Shown here in pieces: positions 1 to 9,300 of a stretch of 64,000 nt of DNA. Both the position numbers and the translations under genes were made by a program. How positions within the stretch are numbered: position 1 is the stretch's first letter; every line of letters starts with the position of its first letter. The stretch lies in assembly GCF_006345805.1 (NCBI RefSeq), contig NC_043008.1, forward strand, positions 7,688,001-7,752,000, given 5' to 3'. The notes beneath the pieces were generated by a model. The model was not told the DNA's origin. It did not search any database and was given only the letters and a program-made list of their open reading frames with translations. Origin of the DNA: Octopus sinensis. Taxonomy: Eukaryota.

Positions 1-28
1 TATGCATATATATACATACATATATATA

Positions 29-100
<72 letters not shown>

Positions 101-104
<4 letters not shown>

Positions 105-830
105 ATCAAAATAAAATAAAAACATGATGCGAAGGATTCAGCGGTACATATGTTTCGGGCCTTTATTAGACATATTTATAACAATGCATAATGTATGTCT
201 GTGGCCTTCTTCAGCCGCGCACAACAGCTTCCACAAGGACATGTGTTACATCAAAAATTCTTGGTTGGGGATGCAAATCCTCTCATTCACGTACGACATA
301 ATGCGGCAGCAGCATAGAGTTGAAGCGTCCATCTCTTTCTTCTCTCAATGTAGAATGAGGAAAATTGGATGTTGAGGTAATGTAAATAAATAAATACATA
401 TATAGAGGTGAAGATGGAGGGGCGAGAGTTCGGGACGAGGGATAAAAAATGTATAAAAAGTGTAAGTATAGAATAATATAAAAATGTAGAGGATAAAGGG
501 TTGTAAGTAGATGTAAAGGGGGTATAAAGAAATATAAAGTAAAAATAGAAATAGAAATTAAAGTAAAAAAAACCTGATAAAAACATGATAAAAGTGTAAA
601 AGAATGTAAAGATAAGGGATGTATAGAGGTTATGGACCAAGCATGGTGGTCAAGAGATTGATAAAATTTAGTTGTAGAATTGTTAGTACATCAACAGTTT
701 CGTCTGGGGACTTAATGCGTTGTAAATCAGAGCTGATGAGCATTTAATCTGGTTCCTTGAATTAAATGGACTTCTAGTACATACATATAATCATGGATAT
801 ATACACCCACATACACGCGTACATATACGC
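101..830 (-). repeat. Left arm: inverted copy of the PLE 3' region (4365-5091)
   Basis: Mirror ORFs 124..375(+)/4817..5068(-) and 287..640(-)/4555..4905(+). Ends checked base by base; about 6 differences seen by eye. Confidence 0.97.
141..218 (-). ncRNA. Type I hammerhead ribozyme, inverted copy
   Basis: Reverse complement of 4974-5051; stem II extension AGACATA/TATGTCT is perfect in this copy. Confidence 0.8.
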
Positions 831-1018
831 GCGTACAAGACTTAATCGACCTCATTAACAACATCAACATTAGTAAACATAAGACCATTTCCAACACCCA
901 CTTAAGGAGCCTTAGAGATTTCCTGCTTTCACTTAGGAACGATGATAGTCTTATCATACCCGCCGACAAGACTGGGAACTGGTATAGGCTAGACTACCAA
1001 ACCTACAAATCGCTCATC

Positions 1019-3100
1019 ATGAGGGAACTTAGCAAAAAGTATAAAACTACTTCTACGGATAACCTTAAGGAAATTAACTACAAAATCAAGGAAGTTATGA
1101 GCAAATTAGACCTCCTGGACAGAACAGAACCTATTAAACCACAAGTACCCAAAATTACTATTAAAGACCATAAGAAAGACTTCCCAGATAGTGTAGGAGT
1201 ACGATTAATCTGTCCGACTAAATCGGATATCGGCAGACTTAGCAAGACCATCCTGGACAGGGTGATCCCACACATCAAACCCCACATCCCACTCCAACTA
1301 TGGATTAACACCAACCATGTGCTAGAATGGTTTAACACTATCACCAATAGGCCCGACTACTCATTCATCCAATTTGACATAGCTAGCTACTACGCCAGTA
1401 TATCCCCCATCTTACTTAACAAATCCCTTATTTTTGCCCGCAACCTTTCACTCATAGACAGAGAAAAAATTGACATAATTCTATTAGCTAGAAAAACCAT
1501 AATAGAATTCGACGGTAGACTCTGGACCAGATCCGATACCCCCGACAATTTCGATGTGGCTATGGGCTCGAGCGATTCAGCTCAGGTGACTGACTTGGTC
1601 GGGGCCTACCTGCTCAAGAAGCTTTTCTCCGAGGTACCGGATCTTCAGGGGGGTCTATACAGAGACGACGCTCTCTTCATATACCCCACCAACAATAGGA
1701 GTAAACTAGAAAGAATTAGGAAAAAGATCAGGCTTTTTTTCAAATCCTTCAATCTTAAACTAGAATTTATGACCAATACTAAAATAGTAAACTTCTTAGA
1801 TGTTACGTTAGATTTGAATAAGCACCTTCACTACCCGTATAGGAAACCAGAAGAAACTACCAAATACATCCATACCTCTTCCAACCATCCACCCTGTATA
1901 ATTAGCACCACGGTCCAAGCCATCTCAGACAGACTGACAAAACTATCCTCTAATAGAGAAATTTTCAATAATCATGCACAACACTACAACCAGGCTCTCT
2001 ATAGTGCCGGGTATAACCAGAGAATATCATATGTAGACCACCCGGGAGCGTCCGTCGGCCATAAGACTCCCAATTATAATCGAACTCAGCACTCAACTCA
2101 CACTAGCGATAATTCTAATTTAAACTCCAAACAACGTATAGGAAATAGGCGAACTAATAGAACAGCACACAATAGTAACCCTCCCGACGAGAGCAATATA
2201 GATCCTATTAGGAGAAATAGAAGGGATAATAGTAGATTACGCAAATATATATGGTTCAACATACCTTTCAACTTAGCAGTTAGGAGTAAGTTATGTAAGA
2301 GAATATTCTCTATAATTTCCAACAACTTCCCACCCACCCACAAGTATAGAAGTATCTTCTCCAACAAAACTATTAGGATTTCCTACCCTACCCTGCCCAA
2401 CATGAGCTGCCTCATAGCTAAACATAACTATATTAATATTAGAACAGCTAGATCAAGAGCAAACCATAGCGACCAACAGAACCCCCCTCATCCAGACAGT
2501 AGACAATATAACCAGACTGGCAGTCATACTACCCAAACAGTTAGTAATAACACCCGCCAACACAACAGAGGAAATACTACACCCATCAACAACCAGGAGG
2601 ATACCAACGCCCCCACTCGTATTGCAACACCTCCGCCTGGGATTAGCAGCACACGACCGAACAATGCAATACAATGCAACTGCAGATGTGCATCAGAGTG
2701 CCCGCTGCAGGGCGCATGTAGGGCGAAAAACGTAATATACTCATGTGAGGTGAGTACTCAGTTTAACACACTCACCTATATTGGTTGCTCAACCTCCTGG
2801 AAATCCAGATACTACAACCACCGGTCCTCGCTGAGACACAGACATAAGGCTAACAGCACCTCCCTCTCTAAAAGAATTTGGGAATTAAAAGACAAATGCA
2901 TAGGCTTCAAACTCAGATGGTCCATCATCGGATCAGCTGCACCTTATTTAAATAATAGAGCAGGATGCCAACTATGCTGTGTAGAACTCCTTCACATCTT
3001 GAAATTCAAAGACAAACACAATCTTATTAACAAAAGGTCAGAGTTCAAACCATCCTGTATACATAAACTTATTAATACTTTCAAATACTACAATGCTTAG
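1019..3100 (+). CDS. PLE reverse transcriptase + GIY-YIG endonuclease (693 aa; frame stays open upstream to at least 833)
   Basis: RT motifs FIQFDIASYYASI, VAMGSSDS, GGLYRDDALF and VNFLDVTLDL. Post-RT block KYIWFNIPFN. Cys motif CNCRCASECPLQGAC. Endonuclease NVIYSCEV...TYIGCSTSWKSRYYNH. Upstream in-frame IIPADKTGNWY is a PLE-type ADK motif. Confidence 0.95.
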   Translation: MRELSKKYKTTSTDNLKEINYKIKEVMSKLDLLDRTEPIKPQVPKITIKDHKKDFPDSVGVRLICPTKSDIGRLSKTILDRVIPHIKPHIPLQLWINTNHVLEWFNTITNRPDYSFIQFDIASYYASISPILLNKSLIFARNLSLIDREKIDIILLARKTIIEFDGRLWTRSDTPDNFDVAMGSSDSAQVTDLVGAYLLKKLFSEVPDLQGGLYRDDALFIYPTNNRSKLERIRKKIRLFFKSFNLKLEFMTNTKIVNFLDVTLDLNKHLHYPYRKPEETTKYIHTSSNHPPCIISTTVQAISDRLTKLSSNREIFNNHAQHYNQALYSAGYNQRISYVDHPGASVGHKTPNYNRTQHSTHTSDNSNLNSKQRIGNRRTNRTAHNSNPPDESNIDPIRRNRRDNSRLRKYIWFNIPFNLAVRSKLCKRIFSIISNNFPPTHKYRSIFSNKTIRISYPTLPNMSCLIAKHNYINIRTARSRANHSDQQNPPHPDSRQYNQTGSHTTQTVSNNTRQHNRGNTTPINNQEDTNAPTRIATPPPGISSTRPNNAIQCNCRCASECPLQGACRAKNVIYSCEVSTQFNTLTYIGCSTSWKSRYYNHRSSLRHRHKANSTSLSKRIWELKDKCIGFKLRWSIIGSAAPYLNNRAGCQLCCVELLHILKFKDKHNLINKRSEFKPSCIHKLINTFKYYNA

Positions 3101-4364
3101 GTCTTATACCAACTCCCCCATGCAATTTCCTCCACCCGGTGCAACCTGTCGGCTCCAGCACATCCCGCTTTCCTATATGTGCGTGTATATGTGTATGTGT
3201 GTGTGTGTGCGTATGTATGTGCACATACGTGTACGTATGTGTACATATACATATATATGTACATGTGCGTGTGTGTGTGTGTGTGTGGGTGTGTGTACGT
3301 GCATATAGGGTTCCCTGCATTTTCCCCCTATATATACAAATTTTGTCTCCCATATATGACTTCTTTTCCCTAAATATTTCTTCTCCTACACCCATATCCC
3401 CCCTATGTAGTCTCTTTAATCCCCTATATCTATACCCTACCCTTTCACATTTCTAACTCAGATGTTGAACGCACACCGCCAAACTCCACTTCCCACCCTT
3501 CCAATTTTCAGTTCCCCCCCCCCCCCGCCCCCCTACGTTTAACACACACCTCTAACTTTCAACCACCTTCATCTCATGTTAAACTTTACAAAATTATATT
3601 TTATCTTATTTTTTTATTTTTATTTTTACTTTTATTTTTACTTTTATCCTACTTCCATTTATTTTTATTTTTATTTTTAATTTTATTTTTACTTTTATTC
3701 TACTTCCATTTATTCTCATTTTTATTTTCATCCCTTACCTTAACTCTTATAATTTTTATAATTCTTATACTTCATTTCTAACTATTACATTGTATTTCTT
3801 ATTTTATACTGTATTTTGTATTTTTTATTTCTAATCTTTACCCTTACCCTCATTCTTACCCCTAACTTATCGCTTTACACCTCTATATATGTTTATTTAC
3901 TTACCTATGGATCCACCTTTTGAATATACGAGCGTCCGCGTACGTGTGTATACGCATACATACATATGCACGCGCATATATGTACATGCATACTTCGATA
4001 TCTTATAGCTATACCCATGTGCGCGTGTGTCTCTGTGTGTGTATATGAGTGTATATGTGCACGCACATACGGACACACAGCCGTGTGTGCGTGCGCGTAT
4101 TGACATGAGTACGGGATTCTTTACATACGTTCTTATACACATCCTTTAATATCTTATACCTGGACCTAGAGGCGTGGGCATATACGTGTGTGTATGTAGT
4201 GATGGGCGCGCGTATATACATGTGAGCGTGTACGCGCGTAATACCCGTGTATATATGCGGATATTCTGTTGTATGTATGTGTGTGTACGCGCGTGCGTGT
4301 GGGTGCGTGTGTGTTTATGTACGTGTTTACACGCGAGTGCGTGTGTATGCTTATAGGCTTGGAG

Positions 4365-5091
4365 GCGTATATGTACGCGTGTATGTGGGTGTATATATCC
4401 ATGATGATATGTATGTACTAGAAGTCCATTTAATTCAAGGAACCAGATTAAATGCTCATCAGCTCTGATTTACAACGCATTAAGTCCCCAGACGAAACTG
4501 TTGATGTACTGACAATTCTACAACTAAATTTTATCAATCTCTTGACCACCATGCTTGGTCCATAACCTCTATACATCCCTTATCTTTACATTCTTTTACA
4601 CTTTTATCATGTTTTTATCAGGTTTTTTTACTTTTATTTCTATTTCTATTTTACTTTATATTTCTTTATACCCCCTTTACATCTACTTACAACCTTTATC
4701 CTCTACATTTTTATATTATTCTATACTTACACTTTTTATACATTTTTTATCCCTCGTCCCGAACTCTCGCCCCTCCATCTTCACCTCTATATATGTATTT
4801 ATTTATTTACATTACCTCAACATCCAATTTTCCTCATTCTACATTGAGAGAAGAAAGAGATGGACGCTTCAACTCTATGCTGCTGCCGCATTATGTCGTA
4901 CGTGAATGAGAGGATTTGCATCCCCAACCAAGAATTTTTGATGTAACACATGTCCTTGTGGAAGCTGTTGTGCGCGGCTGAAGAAGGCCACAGACATACA
5001 TTATGCATTGTTATAAATCTGTCTAATAAAGGCCCGAAACATATGTACCGCTGAATCCTTCGCATCATGTTTTTATTTTATTTTGATCAAT
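4365..5091 (+). repeat. Right arm (pseudo-LTR-like 3' region) of the PLE
   Basis: Reverse complement of 101-830. Confidence 0.97.
4974..5051 (+). ncRNA. Type I hammerhead ribozyme of the PLE
   Basis: GCGG-CTGAAGA-A-GGCC...GGCC-C-GAA-ACATATGT-A-CCGC. Stem I GCGG/CCGC, palindromic stem III, predicted cleavage after GUA at 5047. Confidence 0.8.
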
Positions 5092-5227
5092 TTACTCCAC
5101 CACCTACACCACTAAACGGTATACACAGGTGCTTATAATTATCAAGTACTCACCCCGAATTTCTCTATATATCTATATATATATATATGCAAATATATGA
5201 TTGCAAGTATATATATATATATATATA

Positions 5228-5400
5228 GTTCATATTTACAGGAAAATAAAAGACGAAGCCAGGTGTATAAAAACAAACACGTGTATTCGTTTAACGCTTG
5301 GGAAAGAGAGAATTCTTTTACGTTTCAAACTTACGTTCTTCAACAGAAAGGAACACGCGAAAATAAAGTGAGAGAGAATAAAAATGAATTTTCGTAGCTC
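5228..5400 (-). mobile_element. Short non-coding repeat abutting (TA)n, with a minimal HHR-like motif; related to 21918-21977 and 27552-27650
   Basis: Shared AAAATAAA..GACGAAG(C/G)CAGGTG..AAACAAAC block in all three loci; motif at 5315-5350. Confidence 0.55.
5315..5350 (-). ncRNA. Minimal hammerhead-like motif with variant core CUGUUGA
   Basis: Minus strand CTTT-CTGTTGA-A-GAAC-GTAA-GTTT-GAA-ACGT-A-AAAG. Confidence 0.5.
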
Positions 5401-5416
5401 GCGGTCAATCATGGCG

Positions 5417-5680
5417 AAAGAAGCTTGTCGTATATATGTATATATATATGTATCTGTGTGTATGTTTGTGTGTCTTTTTGTCCCCCTTGCATTGCTTGAC
5501 AACCGATGCTGGTGTGTTTAGGTCCCCGTCACTTAGCGGTTCGGCAAAAGAGACCGATAGAATAAGTACTGGGCTTACAAGGAAGAAGTCTCTGGGTCGA
5601 TTTGCTCGACTAAAGGCGGTGCTCCAGCATGGCCGCAGTCAAATGACTGAAACAAGTAAAAGAGAAAGAGAAAGAGAGAT
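5417..5680 (+). mobile_element. SINE family A, 5'-truncated (end of head, microsatellite, 3' half)
   Basis: 3' half matches other copies (GACAACCGATGCTGGTG...CTCCAGCATGGCCGCAGTCAAATGACTGAAACAAG). Confidence 0.8.
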
Positions 5681-6262
5681 GTTTGTGTGTGCGCGCGCGT
5701 GTATGTATGTATGTATGTATATATGCCCAAACACTTGTGTATATGCATATTCAGTGCACAGTAGGTTGGTAGCGAAGTTTATATCCCATGTGACGTTGGA
5801 GTCAAGAACACAATTAAGTAGTAATTAGGAACATTATGGAATCATTCAAATAATATGTATATCTCGTTCGAGAAGCGGATTCCTTTCTATTAGTGACTTA
5901 ATGAAAATTCCAAACTGATTTCCTTTAGCGTGTTCCATAATTAACCACACGTCAGTTTCTTAAATTTTACATGATGCCACGACGTTACACGAAATGCTGG
6001 AAAGCTAAAGTGAAAAACATTTACGCTCATTGACACCGTTAATTGACAAAGACATTCTCATGTCTTTCTGCTATGAAGTTGTTGGATATACAAGCTTCTG
6101 CTCTGTTTAGTGTCCTATCCTCTGAGTAACGTATCAAAACATTTTCGATCCAAATTAACTGACAGAGAGGAGGAAAAAATAATGATGTATTCAATATAAT
6201 TACAGATGAAATAGATTAGTGAGGTGGTGATATGGGCATCGTAGGTGACTTTGATTTACAAG

Positions 6263-6430
6263 AGTGAGACGAAATGGCCTGTATAGTAATAATCTTACTT
6301 CCCAACCAGAGGATTATGGGTTCAGTCCCACAGCGTGGCACCTCGAGCAAATGTCTTATGCTGTAGCCTCGGACCGACCAAGGCCTTATAAGTGGATTTG
6401 GTAGACGGAAATTGAAAGCAGCCTCTGACG

Positions 6431-6466
<36 letters not shown>

Positions 6467-6485
6467 GTGTGTGTGTGTGTGTGTG

Positions 6486-6526
<41 letters not shown>

Positions 6527-7015
6527 GTGTGTGTGTTTGTGTAGGAGCGTGGCTTAGTGGTTAGGGTGTCAGCATCATGATCGTAAGATTGTGGTTTCGA
6601 TTCCTGGATCTGCCGACGCGTTGTGTTCTTCAGCAAAACACTGCATTTCACGTCACTCCAGTCAGCTGGCAAAAATGAATAACGCTGCGATGGGCGGGCG
6701 TCTCGTCCAGCTTGGAAACACATACGCCATAGAAACCGGGAAACCGGGCCCATGAGACTGGCTAGGCTTTAAAAAGGGGGCATTTTCTTATGTATATATA
6801 TATTTCTGTGTGCGTGTATGTTACCCTCCACTATCACTTGACAACCGATGTTACTGTGGTTACCTCTCTGTAACTTTATGATTCTGTATTAGAGAAACGA
6901 TAGTATAAGAATTAACCTGACAAAGCATAACTTCCGGGGTCGATTTCTTCGACTAAAATCCTTTAAAGCTGTGCTCCAGCATGGCCGCACTCAAATGACT
7001 GAAACAAGCAAAATA
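6263..7015 (+). mobile_element. Old SINE family A copy split by a nested SINE
   Basis: Head 6263-6430 (B box GGTTCAGTCC), (TG)n, then diverged 3' half at 6805-7015. Confidence 0.7.
6543..6779 (+). mobile_element. tRNA-derived SINE family C nested in the family A microsatellite
   Basis: A box TGGCTTAGTGG, B box GGTTTCGATTCC; tail GAAACCGGGAAACCGG shared with 41176-41447. Confidence 0.8.
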
Positions 7016-7454
7016 ATTTATCTGATTTCCAGGTAAATTTCAAATGGCTCATTATTAGTAAACTATATTATTTTCACAGATTTCTCCTGTAACCAATAAT
7101 GTTCAATACGGCAGGCTAATGGGGGAGAGGCGTCAGTTCCAGTGGCGAAGGATATCAAGCGCGTCACGTGGTCTGTTGGCGTATATTAACGTAAAAATTA
7201 GTTTATGTCACTTTCTCTCGCTTTAGTGGACTGACCTTGAATAAAGTTCCATAGACTAATAACTAATCGAGAGTAACTGGGTGCAAAAGCACTAGAGAGA
7301 TGTCTTTGTAGCAGAACCATGCGTCGAACATGTTTGAATCTAATATGCTCAATATTTGCCTGTAGAATTTTTTTTCTAAGTACGCAGATGTACTAATCTC
7401 CGAATTCATTGTAACTGTCACACACGCACAAACACACACATGTAAGTATGTATG

Positions 7455-7487
<33 letters not shown>

Positions 7488-7758
7488 TTTGCAATTAAGG
7501 ACAACTACTTAATAAGGAAAACTTAACAAGAAATTGTCAGGTAGATAGCGTAAAAACCTCATAAGAGAAAAAATTTCGAAAATAATTATTTCTTATTGAA
7601 CATATTAATTTATATATAGAGGGCATAATTATACATACATGCCAGGAGGCATTATATATACCTGCCAAACGCTAAGAGGGACAATCAGTCATTTCTACCA
7701 AAAATATTACTAATCCCACCGAATGCAATTTTTCAAAGTAAGACATTTAAAAATATAT

Positions 7759-7806
7759 AGGCCTGTATCACAGTGATTTCATACTTACGTAATCATCAGC
7801 AGGCCT
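7759..7806 (-). ncRNA. Type I hammerhead ribozyme (inverted monomer)
   Basis: Reverse complement of 8320-8367. Confidence 0.85.
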
Positions 7807-8319
7807 GAATGTATTATAAATAAACAACGACCCTGCCTCGCTTAAGCCGAACAGCTAACTGATCAACATCAACGAAGCACATGGGTGAGTTTATATATAT
7901 TACATCCGGGTGAATGGCAAACTTTTACAAAATTGCATTTCGGGAGAGGAAAAGTTTTTTCCCTCTTAGCGTTTGGCAGGTATATATAATGCCTCCTGGC
8001 ATGTATGTATAATTATGCCCTCTATATATAAATTAATATGTTCAATAAGAAATAATTATTTTCGAAATTTTTTCTCTTATGAGGTTTTTACGCTATCTAC
8101 CTGACAATTTCTTGTTAAGTTTTCCTTATTAAGTAGTTGTCCTTAATTGCAAAATTTTTATTCCGAAAAAACTTTTCCTCTCCCGAAATGCAATTTTGTA
8201 AAAGTTTGCCATTCACCCGGATGTAATATATATAAACTCACCCATGTGCTTCGTTGATGTTGATCAGTTAGCTGTTCGGCTTAAGCGAGGCAGGGTCGTT
8301 GTTTATTTATAATACATTC

Positions 8320-8367
8320 AGGCCTGCTGATGATTACGTAAGTATGAAATCACTGTGATACAGGCCT
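8320..8367 (+). ncRNA. Type I hammerhead ribozyme (monomer 1)
   Basis: AGGCCTG-CTGATGA-T-TAC-GTAA-GTA-T-GAA-ATCAC-T-GTGAT-A-CAGGCCT. 7-bp stem I, GNRA-capped stem II, predicted cleavage after AUA at 8360. Confidence 0.85.
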
Positions 8368-8804
8368 ATATATTTTTAAATGTCTTACTTTGAAAAATTG
8401 CATTCGGTGGGATTAGTAATATTTTTGGTAGAAATGACTGATTGTCCCTCTTAGCGTTTGGCAGGTATATATAATGCCTCCTGACATGTATGTATAATTA
8501 TGCCCTCTATATATAAATTAATATGTTCAATAAGAAATAATTATTTTCGAAATTTTTTCTCTTATGAGGTTTTTACGCTATCTACCTGACAATTTCTTGT
8601 TAAGTTTTCCTTATTAAGTAGTTGTCCTTAATTGCAAAATTTTTATTCCGAAAAAACTTTTCCTCTCCCGAAATGCAATTTTGTAAAAGTTTGCCATTCA
8701 CCCGGATGTAATATATATAAACTCACCCATGTGCTTCGTTGATGTTGATCAGTTAGCTGTTCGGCTTAAGCGAGGCAAGGTCGTTGTTTATTTATAATAC
8801 ATTC

Positions 8805-8852
8805 AGGCCTGCTGATGATTACGTAAGTATGAAATCACTGTGATACAGGCCT
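8805..8852 (+). ncRNA. Type I hammerhead ribozyme (monomer 2)
   Basis: Identical to 8320-8367; predicted cleavage after 8845. Confidence 0.85.
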
Positions 8853-8997
8853 ATATATTTTTAAATGTCTTACTTTGAAAAATTGCATTCGGTGGGATTA
8901 GTAATATTTTTGGTAGAAATGACTGATTGTCCCTCTTAGCGTTTGGCAGGTATATATAATGCCTCCTGGCATGTATGTATAATTATGCCCTCTATAT

Positions 8998-9004
<7 letters not shown>

Positions 9005-9076
<72 letters not shown>

Positions 9077-9300
9077 TATATACACATATATATATACACA
9101 CATATATGTATATACACATATATATATATACATATATATACATATATATATATATACATATATATACATATATATATATAATATATATATATATACATAT
9201 ATATACACATATATATACACACACAAATATATATATATATATATGTATATATATATGTATATATATATATATATATATACATATATAACATACATACATT
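9005..9300. repeat. (TA)n/(TACA)n microsatellite
   Basis: Seen directly. Confidence 0.97.

Larger units (their letters stand above)
101..5165 (+). mobile_element. Penelope-like retroelement (PLE), 5'-truncated, with inverted 3' segment at its 5' end, flanked by (TA)n
   Basis: RT + C-terminal GIY-YIG ORF at 1019-3100. 101-830 is the reverse complement of 4365-5091. HHR in both arms. (TA)n at 1-100 and from about 5165. Confidence 0.93.
7486..9004 (+). mobile_element. Retrozyme-like tandem array: inverted 475-bp monomer followed by 2.15 direct 485-bp monomers, between (TA)n tracts
   Basis: CCCTCTTAGCGTTTGGCAGG recurs at 7961, 8446 and 8931 (period 485). 7486-7960 is the reverse complement of 8166-8640. 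One HHR per complete monomer; no ORF. Confidence 0.88.

Noticed and set aside
124-969. Short ORFs 124..375, 287..640 and 727..969 and their mirrors at 4247-5068
   Set aside because: Products of the inverted non-coding arms; 727..969 is partly antisense to the PLE frame; no protein motifs
3514-3533. Poly-C run (G-quadruplex potential on the minus strand)
   Set aside because: Simple homopolymer in a UTR with no further support
4455-4520. Second hammerhead-like piece GTC-CCCA-GAC-GAAAC...GTA in the PLE arm
   Set aside because: No CUGANGA core adjacent to stem II and no stem I pairing
7961-9004. CRISPR-like or satellite interpretation of the 485-bp array
   Set aside because: No repeat-spacer structure, eukaryotic context, and the per-monomer ribozyme explains it better
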